This document shows positions 1 to 8,982 of a DNA stretch of 64,000 nucleotides, one piece after another; position 1 is the stretch's first letter; each line of letters starts with the position of its first letter. The notes under the pieces were generated by a model. That model did no database searches, was not told the origin of the DNA, and worked only from the letters and a program-made list of their open reading frames with translations. The stretch comes from Gammaproteobacteria bacterium (lineage in GTDB: Bacteria; Pseudomonadota; Gammaproteobacteria; UBA4575): positions 288,001 to 352,000 of the forward strand of contig CBDCTA010000029.1 of NCBI GenBank assembly GCA_965221955.1, written 5' to 3'. Made by a program: the position numbers and the translations under genes.

Positions 1-522
1 ATCTAATATTTCTTGTGAACAAGGAATAATGCTTACGGGAATGGTTTGTTGTTGATTCGAATTTTTATCTTTAGGTAACTCAGGGTGTCGATTACTAAAC
101 TCATTATTTAATCCAATTTCGGAGATAAGAGAGCAGGTGTTTTTATCAGATTTTAAATATACCGTTGCAGCATGGGCATTTGCCAATTCGGTCATGGTAT
201 GCAAAAAGTGCGTAAGTAAAGTATGCACATCGCGTGTCATATTGATACTGGTAACGACATCATAAAGTGTTTCCAGTGATTTATTCTTATCTGCGATATG
301 TTCAGTATGGCGTTGTAATTGTAATTCTGCTCCACGAGATAACGACTCCAGCATTTCTGCTACGAAATTGATATCTTGGCTTAACTCAGAAATTTCATCA
401 TGATTTGAAATAGGGATGCGTGCAGAAAGTTCACCTGCGCGTATTTTTAGAATCCACTGACGTAATGAATTTAAAAAACTACTTAAGTCTTGCTTAGATA
501 AACTATCGAGTTCGCTCTGCAT
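1..522 (-). CDS. N-terminal part of a NarX/NarQ-like sensor histidine kinase (HAMP followed by GAF), runs off the window edge
   Basis: Manual translation from ATG at 522: MQSELDSLSKQDLSSFLNSLRQWILKIRAGELSARIPISNHDEISELSQDINFVAEMLESL...KNKSLETLYDVVTSIN. HAMP signature (GELSARIP...DEISELSQDIN), then a signalling helix and GAF start. Not in the ORF track because it is truncated. Confidence 0.7.
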   Translation of the reverse strand, partial: MQSELDSLSKQDLSSFLNSLRQWILKIRAGELSARIPISNHDEISELSQDINFVAEMLESLSRGAELQLQRHTEHIADKNKSLETLYDVVTSINMTRDVHTLLTHFLHTMTELANAHAATVYLKSDKNTCSLISEIGLNNEFSNRHPELPKDKNSNQQQTIPVSIIPCSQEILD

Positions 523-593
523 GGGATTGTTATTATGTTATTTCATTATGAGCACTTTATTATACGCAATACGCATAACAAATAATGCTGAAG

Positions 594-1394
594 TCATTGC
601 CAAATACTTTTTAGATATGCAGGACCCCCAAGCGACTCTGCTTGATTGGATATATGAGCAGCGCGTTGCTGCACATAGTTTGAGGGTTTTGAAGCATGCA
701 TTTTGTGTGGGTTTGGTAGTACTGCTGCAAGAATACTAGCTTCATTTTGTGTGAGTTGCCCGGCAGATTTTTTGAAATGCGTATATGCTGCATTTTGTAC
801 ACCAAAAATGTTTGGTCCGAATTCCGCCACATTTAAATAAACTTCTAAAATACGCCACTTGGGCCATAGCGTTTCGATCAGTAATGCGAAATAGGCTTCC
901 AAACCTTTTCTAAATAGACTTTTTTTTGGCCAGAGAAAAACATTTTTTGCAACTTGTTGAGTAATCGTGCTTGCTCCACGTAAGGTTTTATTTTTTTTAT
1001 TTTCTTCAAATGCAGATTGAATAGCTTTAAGATCAAACCCATAGTGGTGTGGAAATTTCTGATCTTCTGCAGCAACTGCTGAAATTAATAAATTAGGCGA
1101 AATATTTTCTAACGATACCCAATTAATTTTATATGGAACAAAATCAGTTGCGAGTCTTTGTGTAACCATAAAACTTGTATAAGGTGGATTGATCCAGCGC
1201 ATTGTTAGTGTTGCAAGTAAAGTGATGCCAATAAAAATAAAAGCAAAATTTCTAATCCATTTAACGGCCCATTTAAATATCTGCTTAAAAGCCAACCATG
1301 GTGATGAGAAAATAATTTTCCAAGCGGCCGATTTTCTTTTTCGCCTGGTTCTTCTTTTGGGTTTTCTGCGTTCTGTAAAGATATGAAGGCTCAT
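594..1394 (-). CDS. mtgA: Monofunctional biosynthetic peptidoglycan transglycosylase
   Basis: GT51 motifs AEDQKFPHHYGFD, RGASTITQQVAKN, RKGLE, LEVYLN, LPNP; single N-terminal TM segment. Confidence 0.93.
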   Translation of the reverse strand: MSLHIFTERRKPKRRTRRKRKSAAWKIIFSSPWLAFKQIFKWAVKWIRNFAFIFIGITLLATLTMRWINPPYTSFMVTQRLATDFVPYKINWVSLENISPNLLISAVAAEDQKFPHHYGFDLKAIQSAFEENKKNKTLRGASTITQQVAKNVFLWPKKSLFRKGLEAYFALLIETLWPKWRILEVYLNVAEFGPNIFGVQNAAYTHFKKSAGQLTQNEASILAAVLPNPHKMHASKPSNYVQQRAAHISNQAESLGGPAYLKSIWQ

Positions 1395-1633
1395 GGGGCT
1401 AGAGAGATAGGAAATATGCTAAATGCCTATGTGGTACGATTCAGACTACAGTATATGTAGTTAAATAGGATTGAAAACAATGGATTAATGGTATTCTTGT
1501 GACCTAGTTTGGCTTTAGCGCTACTGGAGTCAGTGGTATAATACAGCACAGATAGGGTCTGCCAGAGAGGCGCAAATCCTAGAAATATTATATAGAGAAA
1601 CCCATATAAGAAATATTCATAGGAGTAAGAATA

Positions 1634-1723
1634 ATGAATGAATTTGTAAAAACGATGTTAGTTGTAGCTGTAATGGTGATTCCTTGCATCGTTCTTGCGG
1701 TAGCAATTATCGGCAAATTTTAG
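1634..1723 (+). CDS. Unannotated 29-aa small membrane protein (MNEFVKTMLVVAVMVIPCIVLAVAIIGKF)
   Basis: AGGAG at 1621-1625, 8 nt before the ATG; one hydrophobic helix; hairpin TAGGCGCG...CGCGCCTA just downstream. Confidence 0.6.
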   Translation: MNEFVKTMLVVAVMVIPCIVLAVAIIGKF

Positions 1724-1832
1724 CCGTCGACCCAGTTCTGTACTAGGCGCGGTATTCTTTCGCGCCTAAGTCACAGATAATTATTCCTCTCAAAATTTTT
1801 CTCTCGACTTTATAAATATTACTGGTCTTATT

Positions 1833-2165
1833 TTGAATTATCAGGTTTTTCGGTTGGTTGCTGTGTGCATACTTAGTATGAGTATAGGCGCGTGCCTTTC
1901 ATTGCCGAAATCGAATGAAGAAGTTCAAGCAAAGTATAGTCATACTCAACTGAGCGCAGGAAAGCACTACTTAGCTTATAGCGGTGTACTCGAGATGACT
2001 TTAGAAATCGCTGCAGAAAAATGGCTGGCTAAAGCGGAGAAGTTATGTAAATCGCGTGAATTTGATTATGAATTTGATAAAGAGGAATTTCGCGGTAAAG
2101 ATTTCTCTGAAAATAAATACCCATATATCGAAGGGAAACTATTCTGTAATAAACCCAAGTCATAG
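1833..2165 (+). CDS. Hypothetical lipoprotein
   Basis: Signal peptide with lipobox-like IGAC; TTG start uncertain. Confidence 0.55.
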   Translation: MNYQVFRLVAVCILSMSIGACLSLPKSNEEVQAKYSHTQLSAGKHYLAYSGVLEMTLEIAAEKWLAKAEKLCKSREFDYEFDKEEFRGKDFSENKYPYIEGKLFCNKPKS

Positions 2166-2366
2166 TTTTTGATTTTTTATTCAATAAAGAAGTTACTGTT
2201 CTGTAACAATTTTCATAATATTTTAGTTCTTGCTAAATAAACTGATCTCCGACATAAGTAATTTATGGTCGAAACATCAGATATTTTGATTTACAATTAA
2301 TTGACACTTTTGAGTATGAGTGTCTGAGTTGGTAATAATAATTATTTAGAGAGTTGGAGTTGGGTA

Positions 2367-2723
2367 ATGGCTATTTGGTCGACGCGTTCGAGTAAAAAAG
2401 ATTCACTTAAGCGTTCGCAGGATAAAACTGCGGCAAAGCTAAAAGCTAATCCCTATCATTGTGTAGAAATCAAGATGTCATATAATGCTTGTGAAGCCGT
2501 ATTAAAGCTTCATGGAAAGCGTTTTCTATCTGCAGATGCGCCGATGTTGCCTGTTGCTGAATGTGATCAGTCTTGTAGATGTACCTTCAAGCACTATGAA
2601 GATCGTCGTCAAGATGAGCGCCGTGATGCGTTTAATTCTAGTGGTATACATTTCAGTGGAGAAAAAAATCGTCGCTTGGGAGGAGACCGGCGTCGAAGCA
2701 CAGTTCCACGTGCAGGTCTTTAA
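2367..2723 (+). CDS. Hypothetical Cys-rich protein (C..C..CDQSCRC..HYEDRR..ERR type)
   Basis: GGAG RBS upstream; clustered Cys/His residues suggest metal binding. Confidence 0.65.
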   Translation: MAIWSTRSSKKDSLKRSQDKTAAKLKANPYHCVEIKMSYNACEAVLKLHGKRFLSADAPMLPVAECDQSCRCTFKHYEDRRQDERRDAFNSSGIHFSGEKNRRLGGDRRRSTVPRAGL

Positions 2724-2729
2724 ATAGTT

Positions 2730-3521
2730 TTAACTATCTTCAGCCTCTAAGCTCGACAGCTTTTCTGTGTGATTATCCACATTCTGGTGGTTTGAAGTTT
2801 CGAAATTTTCATCTAACTCAATTTTATCGATATCAAAATCAATAGGCCGTAGATTTAAATCATTCGAGATCTCAGCAAATGCAGACTCAAAAGCAAGTAC
2901 CATGGCTTGATAAATAGCTTGCCCATAAATATCTTGCGTTTCACGCTTGTTGCGCAAAATCTCACCTTCCCGACCTTTACCTTCTGCAGTGAAGACACTT
3001 TCATAAATACGTTGTTTATCAGAATCGGTTAAAAATACTTCGATCTTGGTTTTTGTGATCGGTTGCATGCGACCTTTAACTACACGAATCGAATGATCTA
3101 ATTTATAGATGCGCGCATGTACATTGAGTAATGGTACATCAGTATGTTTACCATCATCTTGAAACCAACGAAATATACTTGCATGACCAGCTAGATTTAA
3201 CATCTCATCTTCTGGGAAGATGATTTTGTTTAAATTACGTTGATCCGCATTATCTGCTTCGGCTTTACCGCTTTTGCTACGCACTTCAGGGTAAAAATAT
3301 ACTTTTGCAAGATAAGGTTTAACCGCTGGCAGATCTTGCATTGCGGCAACGAGTTGATCGGCATCGGCATCTGCTTCATATTGCGTTGCGCATGCAGACA
3401 ATATGAGCAGTACAAATAATAATGTAGTTGTGTAGAGTTTATTGATATGGATGTGACACATACCCACCTCGCTTTCTTGAACCCCTGTAAATAAGAGTGT
3501 AACGAGATCACCTGCGAACAC
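2730..3521 (-). CDS. Hypothetical lipoprotein (true start probably later, near MCHIHIN)
   Basis: Lipobox LSAC after a hydrophobic stretch; long ORF. Confidence 0.65.
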   Translation of the reverse strand: MFAGDLVTLLFTGVQESEVGMCHIHINKLYTTTLLFVLLILSACATQYEADADADQLVAAMQDLPAVKPYLAKVYFYPEVRSKSGKAEADNADQRNLNKIIFPEDEMLNLAGHASIFRWFQDDGKHTDVPLLNVHARIYKLDHSIRVVKGRMQPITKTKIEVFLTDSDKQRIYESVFTAEGKGREGEILRNKRETQDIYGQAIYQAMVLAFESAFAEISNDLNLRPIDFDIDKIELDENFETSNHQNVDNHTEKLSSLEAEDS

Positions 3522-3604
3522 GTATATGCAAGTAGACCGTTAGTACGCTAGAAACTACGAACGGTCAGGAACTGACGTATGAGACTTGGATGTAGATACG
3601 GTAT

Positions 3605-4129
3605 TTATTTGTCTTGTTCGACAATAGCCTTAAGCTGATTTAAATTTTCTTGGAACATATTGCCAATTGAATATTTCATCAATAGCGCCAAATAGCCTCC
3701 AATAATAGGCATATTCATATCGCCATCAAGTGCCCAGCTCACACGTGTTCGCGTTGTAGAGCTGCTATCATATTGAATAGCGCTTTTACTTTTATACTTT
3801 CCGCCTTGAAAAAATAAGTCATATTCAATGCCTTTTTCCGGTGACCAGGAAGTAAAAGTAAGCGAGCCGCCACCATGTTTATCTTTCCAACTTTGGCTGG
3901 CGCCAATTCCTGTAGTTTTTTCACCAATTGTGATTTCAATTTCTGGGTCACTACCTCTCCAAACTGTCCAGGATTGCCAGGTACTTAAATCACCTACATA
4001 TTCGTGAATATGTGCAGGGGTGGAGGATATGGTTGCAGTTTTGTTAATTGTGAAACTTGTAGGTAAAAAATTCCCCACCACACCTAAAACGATGATCAGT
4101 AATAACAGAAGGCCGAGGAGTTTTTTCAT
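3605..4129 (-). CDS. SRPBCC/polyketide cyclase-like family protein with N-terminal anchor
   Basis: Typical pattern V.DL..W..W.VW...DP, GIGASQSW, C-terminal L..LK..VE. Confidence 0.8.
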   Translation of the reverse strand: MKKLLGLLLLLIIVLGVVGNFLPTSFTINKTATISSTPAHIHEYVGDLSTWQSWTVWRGSDPEIEITIGEKTTGIGASQSWKDKHGGGSLTFTSWSPEKGIEYDLFFQGGKYKSKSAIQYDSSSTTRTRVSWALDGDMNMPIIGGYLALLMKYSIGNMFQENLNQLKAIVEQDK

Positions 4130-4147
4130 AAGCTTTTGATAATTGTG

Positions 4148-4558
4148 TTATGCAGATTTATTTCTATAAATTAAAGCGACAATAATTCCTGCCAAAATTA
4201 ATTGAATGGTTACTCCTATACTCCAATTAATGATCATGCTCATAGGATAAGGTGCTACGGCATACATAATTAAGTGATTACCAATAAATATTATTGCAAC
4301 CAATAGACCATAGATAGCGCCTTCAGCAATGCCACCTCGTTTAAATGCTTTTGTAAACAAAGCAACAAAGCCTATAGCGATCACTATTTGTCCGATCATT
4401 ATCCAAATACCATGATTTTGCATATCCGCATCTGGTCGCCATAAATGCATAGTGCTTTTATATGCATCTGTCATGATCATGCCGTGGAATACGTAATCAA
4501 AAGCCATAATAAAAATAATGACTGCGATACAAGCGATAATAAATTTTTTTGCATTCAT
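4148..4558 (-). CDS. 4-TM membrane protein (DUF1761-like)
   Basis: Four hydrophobic helices; GGAG RBS. Confidence 0.65.
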   Translation of the reverse strand: MNAKKFIIACIAVIIFIMAFDYVFHGMIMTDAYKSTMHLWRPDADMQNHGIWIMIGQIVIAIGFVALFTKAFKRGGIAEGAIYGLLVAIIFIGNHLIMYAVAPYPMSMIINWSIGVTIQLILAGIIVALIYRNKSA

Positions 4559-4583
4559 GATGATCTCCTCACTTATAACTATT

Positions 4584-4910
4584 TTATGTTTCTGTTGGAG
4601 GCACGTAGCTGGGATCGTTTGGATTTAAAAAAACGAAATGAAATTGTTTAGGTTCTAATTCAATATAATCAAGCGTAGTACCATTTAATAATTCAAAACT
4701 AGAATCTGCAACTACAATTTCTACACCATTGGATTCAAATGCATGGTCTTTTTCTCTTCCGCTGCCAATATCATCGAAACCTAAACCGTAATGAAACGAA
4801 TCATCATCTTGACGTGTAGCCGCAATACGTAATGGGGTGTTTTCAAGTTTAGATTCTAGAGCAGCTTTTTTAATTTGTTCAGCTGCTGCCTCTGTTACTT
4901 CAATGGTCAT
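4584..4910 (-). CDS. dsrR: DsrR, IscA/HesB-like protein lacking the Fe-S cysteines
   Basis: IscA-like motifs (IEVTEAAAEQI, YGLGFDD, LNGTTLDY, FVFLNPN), no Cys, directly after dsrN. Confidence 0.88.
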   Translation of the reverse strand: MTIEVTEAAAEQIKKAALESKLENTPLRIAATRQDDDSFHYGLGFDDIGSGREKDHAFESNGVEIVVADSSFELLNGTTLDYIELEPKQFHFVFLNPNDPSYVPPTET

Positions 4911-4970
4911 GGAGCCTCACGTGTCCTTATTATTAGACTTTTATTTTTTTGAGTTCTAATTGTAGTACAT

Positions 4971-6344
4971 CTATTTGTTAGTTTTTACAAATTCTAGAAA
5001 GTTTGAAATCCATTGATTTTGTTGTGTATTCCGTTGGTGCGCATAGCAGGCTAATAGATTTTTATATTGAAATCCGTCATTTTGCCCATCTATTCCGTAG
5101 CCCCTGTTTACCTGGTATGCAAATTTAGAATCATTAAGTGGCTGGGCCAATTTTGAGTAATGAAATTCATGCCCAGGTAATTCGCCCATAGGTAGTTCAT
5201 TTTGTTCAACCTGGCTCCAGAGATGTTGAGCCGTTTTTTGTAATAAGGTGTAGCCACGACCGATAGGTTTTTCATGCATCTCGCAGTCGACTTTTATAAT
5301 GCCAACCATCTCAGCATGCTGTGTTTTATATTGAATAGATTTACATAAATACATTAAGCCGCCACATTCGGCATAACAGGGCATGCCCTTTTCTATGGCT
5401 GAATGGATTGCAGCTTTCATACTTGAATTACTTGCGAGTTCTTGCATGCGCTTTTCAGGAAAACCGCCACCGATAAATAACGCATCTGCTTCAGGTAAAG
5501 ACGTATCATTAAGTGTGTCAAAAGGGATGAGTAGTGCGCCGAGTTCTCGAAAAGTATCTAAATCATCTGCGTAGTAAAAGCCAAAAGCTTCATCTTTTGC
5601 GTATGCAATTTTTAATTCATAAGAAGCACTACGTTTTTCTTTTTTGTGGAGAGGAATAGGTTTAGCTGTATTTGCTATTTCAACAATCTTATTTAAGTTG
5701 ACTTGATCAGCAATGATTTTGGCAATGTGATTAATTTTATTGTCTGCTAATTGGTCTTCATTGCTGGGCATCAATCCCAAATAACGTTCGACTAATTCAA
5801 GCGCTTTATTGCGTTGCACCACACCTAGAATAGGAATATTTGTATAACGCTCTATCACGGTTTGCAGTTTAGCAGCATGACGGCCACCACCAACAAAATT
5901 TAGAATCACACCCGCAATGTTTACTTCAGGATCAAATTGTTGATAACCCAACAGTAAAGGTGCAACCCCGCGTATTGTACCGCGTGTATCTAAAACAAGA
6001 ATGACTGGAGCTCCAGTAAGCTTGGCTAAAGCTGCATTACTGTTGCTACCATCTGCAGCTAAGCCATCATGTAAACCTTTATTGCCTTCGATGACACTAA
6101 TATCCGCGTCTTGGCTGTGGTGACTCAGTGTAGTGAGAATTTCGGATTCACTTTGAGTCCAATAGTCTAGGTTATAGCAGTTACGTCGTGTGGCTTTTGC
6201 TAGCCACATCGGGTCGATGTAGTCAGGGCCTTTTTTGAATGCTTGAACCTTGTGCCCTTGTGAGCGTAAAGCGGCAGTGATGCCGATGCTTAAAACGGTT
6301 TTTCCAGAAGATTTATGTGCGGCGGAAAGGAGTATGTTAGACAC
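4971..6344 (-). CDS. dsrN: DsrN, siroheme amidase (cobyrinate a,c-diamide synthase family)
   Basis: AHKSSGKT, FKKGPDYIDP, AECGGLMYL, GHEFHYS; position in the dsr operon. Confidence 0.93.
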   Translation of the reverse strand: MSNILLSAAHKSSGKTVLSIGITAALRSQGHKVQAFKKGPDYIDPMWLAKATRRNCYNLDYWTQSESEILTTLSHHSQDADISVIEGNKGLHDGLAADGSNSNAALAKLTGAPVILVLDTRGTIRGVAPLLLGYQQFDPEVNIAGVILNFVGGGRHAAKLQTVIERYTNIPILGVVQRNKALELVERYLGLMPSNEDQLADNKINHIAKIIADQVNLNKIVEIANTAKPIPLHKKEKRSASYELKIAYAKDEAFGFYYADDLDTFRELGALLIPFDTLNDTSLPEADALFIGGGFPEKRMQELASNSSMKAAIHSAIEKGMPCYAECGGLMYLCKSIQYKTQHAEMVGIIKVDCEMHEKPIGRGYTLLQKTAQHLWSQVEQNELPMGELPGHEFHYSKLAQPLNDSKFAYQVNRGYGIDGQNDGFQYKNLLACYAHQRNTQQNQWISNFLEFVKTNK

Positions 6345-6380
6345 GCTGTATTTAAAGCACGTCTGTGCTACATGTTAGCT

Positions 6381-7592
6381 TTAAGCTTTCGCTGAATTAA
6401 GTTCTAAGGCTTGGTCTGAAAGACTCTCTGGTAAAAAGTCTAATACTGCAATAGCTACGGTAACAATCAACAGCGCGATACAGGTTCCACCAATGCCAAG
6501 TAAAATTTCCCAAACACTAGGCGAGTATTCAGCGACTACACCGTCAAAAAAGCTGCTACTGACTTCATAACCCGGGAACATGTCTAATGGATAGGCTTGT
6601 CCACCAATAATGATGACATATAGTTGCGCTAAACCGCCCACAATGACAAGTAGCGATGCAATTGTTAAACAATTACGGCACTGGCTCATGGGTTTAATAA
6701 ACACTAAGGCAAGAGGAATTAAACAACCCAAAATGATTTGTACACCCCAAAACAAATAAGTGTAGATACCACCGTTCATTAATATGAATGCTTCAATTCC
6801 ATGATGTTCGGTTGCATATAAATTTGTTAGATGTTGCGCAATTACAAAGTACAATACTGCGGCAATGAATATACCGAGCAACTTGCGTAGTTTATCCAGC
6901 ATGGCATCGCCTAAATTTCGATTCGTCCATGCATAACTCGCTTGCAGAACTAATATAAAAACCGCTAAACCAAATGAAAATGACATGATAATAAACATAG
7001 GTGCCATGATGGCTGCATCATAGGCTTGACGAGCCACGAGGAAACCAAAGATAGAACCGGTACCTGTAGTAAGGATCAGTCGCCAAATAAAGGCGAAAAA
7101 GCCTGCAGATTTAGTGAATTTGTTCATTTTGCGTTCCATCATCATCCATAAATAAATACCTGTGATAATGATGAAGCCGGTATATAAGAAAATATTCCAT
7201 GCAAAAATAGATTTAAAATTATAAACCGTCATTGCAACAATCAAGCGGTCAGGTCGACCTAGATCTAGAACTAAGATGGCTAAGCCTCCTGCTAATAAGG
7301 CAATCGCTAATAATGCCGACAGCCTCGCGAGAGGTTTGTAATCATACTTTCCAAACACAGACGAAATAGATGCTACGTTGAGTGCTCCTGAAGCTGCGAC
7401 GATTAAGAAAATCGCAATAACGTGTGGGAATCCCCAAACAATTTGATTACTCATGCCTGAAATATAGTGTCCTTCAACATCCATATGATGTGAAGACAAA
7501 TAACCCACTAATGCGGCAAGCCCTAATGCACCAAGCAAAATCCAATATTGAATGGATTTTGCATCGATTGAACTAAAGCGTGTTGTTTCCAT
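6381..7592 (-). CDS. dsrP: DsrP, NrfD/PsrC-family membrane subunit (ORF track extends to 7628; likely start METTRF at 7592)
   Basis: Polytopic membrane protein with WGFPH, LDLGRPDRL, NFKSIFAWN motifs. Confidence 0.93.
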   Translation of the reverse strand: METTRFSSIDAKSIQYWILLGALGLAALVGYLSSHHMDVEGHYISGMSNQIVWGFPHVIAIFLIVAASGALNVASISSVFGKYDYKPLARLSALLAIALLAGGLAILVLDLGRPDRLIVAMTVYNFKSIFAWNIFLYTGFIIITGIYLWMMMERKMNKFTKSAGFFAFIWRLILTTGTGSIFGFLVARQAYDAAIMAPMFIIMSFSFGLAVFILVLQASYAWTNRNLGDAMLDKLRKLLGIFIAAVLYFVIAQHLTNLYATEHHGIEAFILMNGGIYTYLFWGVQIILGCLIPLALVFIKPMSQCRNCLTIASLLVIVGGLAQLYVIIIGGQAYPLDMFPGYEVSSSFFDGVVAEYSPSVWEILLGIGGTCIALLIVTVAIAVLDFLPESLSDQALELNSAKA

Positions 7593-7605
7593 AATTTTAA
7601 ATTTT

Positions 7606-8433
7606 TTATAAGCCTTGGTATCGAACACCGGTATTTAAATTCAAATCAGCGCGAATTTGTACGCCACCGTGTTTTTCTAATTGTTTTGAAATTTCACTAT
7701 TTGGGTCATTTAAGTCACCAAACAAAAGTGCCTTGTGGCCATCTTTATTACATGCTTCAGCACACGCTGTATTGTTATCACCACGATCAACTTTGTGCAC
7801 GCATAAAGTACAACTTTCTACACAACCTTTGCCTCGTGGTGCGTGCGGGAGTTGGTCGACTAATACCTCATGAATAAAAGATCGAGCTTTATATGGGCAC
7901 GCCATCATGCAATAACGGCAGCCAATACAAGTATGTGCATTGACTAAAACAATTCCATCAGCACGTTTAAAAGAAGCACCTGTTGGGCAAACATCAACAC
8001 AAGGAGGATGTTCGCAGTGTTGGCACATCATCGGCAGTGAGGTGACATGTCCGGTTTGTTTATCTTTAACGTTTAGCTTGCGTATCCACTGTGCATCGGT
8101 TGTAGGTCGACCTAAATCCCAAAGGCCATGCTCTTCATTACAGGCTGTCACGCATGCGTCGCAATTTTCCTGGCATAAATTTGTATTGATTAACATGCCC
8201 CAGCGCTGTTGACTGGTAACTGCTTCATCCACAGGCTTAGCGGATGCGGTTTGGTACAGCATGACTCCCGGCGCAATGGTTAATCCACCCACTGCAGTAG
8301 CACTGCGTAAAAAATCACGTTTGCTTTTATCAATTTTATGGTCTACTTCATGTTCTACCTCATAAGCAACATTGTCTGATGTAGTGTTGAGGACATTATC
8401 AATATTGGTATCAATGTCTAGTTTATAGCGCAT
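7606..8433 (-). CDS. dsrO: DsrO, periplasmic Fe-S protein
   Basis: Tat-like SKRDFL; CQHCEHPPCVDVCP, CIGCRYCMMACP, CTLC ferredoxin motifs. Confidence 0.95.
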   Translation of the reverse strand: MRYKLDIDTNIDNVLNTTSDNVAYEVEHEVDHKIDKSKRDFLRSATAVGGLTIAPGVMLYQTASAKPVDEAVTSQQRWGMLINTNLCQENCDACVTACNEEHGLWDLGRPTTDAQWIRKLNVKDKQTGHVTSLPMMCQHCEHPPCVDVCPTGASFKRADGIVLVNAHTCIGCRYCMMACPYKARSFIHEVLVDQLPHAPRGKGCVESCTLCVHKVDRGDNNTACAEACNKDGHKALLFGDLNDPNSEISKQLEKHGGVQIRADLNLNTGVRYQGL

Positions 8434-8447
8434 GATGGTTCGTTACT

Positions 8448-8948
8448 TTATTGATGTTCTACATTACTAAATTGTAAGTAATGTTTTATTTTTTCTTCGT
8501 CTGATTGGCGGTCAACCGTTTGATTGGGATTCATTGCTTTGCGTATCGCTTCTTCAGGTCGATCAGCATGGCACTGGAAACAATCTATATTTACCGCAGC
8601 ATACTGGTGGCAGCTGGCACAAAAATGTGTTTCTTCTGAATAACGCGCATATTCACCTTGCTCGTTTGCAGTGATATGACATTCAATGCATTCGTTTAAG
8701 CTGTATTTTTTAGTACGAATACCTTCAATTACGGTCGCATCGCGATGGTCTAATACGAATTCGAAATGTTGTTTACGCATAATCTCGACCGGCTCAACAC
8801 ATAGTGTTTCTTCGCTGTAATTTGCTTTTGGAGCAGGAATGTCAGCATGATCACCATTGGCATATGCAATCGTGATCCCAATCGCACAGAATACGAGTGT
8901 GATTACTAGTAACAAGTAAACGAGGTATTTTTTTAAAAATTTTCTCAT
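8448..8948 (-). CDS. dsrJ: DsrJ, triheme cytochrome c
   Basis: Three CxxCH motifs (CIECH, CASCH, CFQCH), MRKQH motif, signal peptide. Confidence 0.93.
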   Translation of the reverse strand: MRKFLKKYLVYLLLVITLVFCAIGITIAYANGDHADIPAPKANYSEETLCVEPVEIMRKQHFEFVLDHRDATVIEGIRTKKYSLNECIECHITANEQGEYARYSEETHFCASCHQYAAVNIDCFQCHADRPEEAIRKAMNPNQTVDRQSDEEKIKHYLQFSNVEHQ

Positions 8949-8982
8949 CAGAAGAAATGCTAATAGACTTTAGTGGCCCTTA

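Noticed and set aside
3535-3566. Imperfect hairpin GACCGT..ACGGTC as an ncRNA
   Set aside because: Weak stem, single copy and no recognisable motif; at most a weak terminator.
4971-6344. cobB/cbiA as evidence of cobalamin biosynthesis
   Set aside because: Its position between dsrP and dsrR identifies it as dsrN; no other cob/cbi synthesis genes are present.
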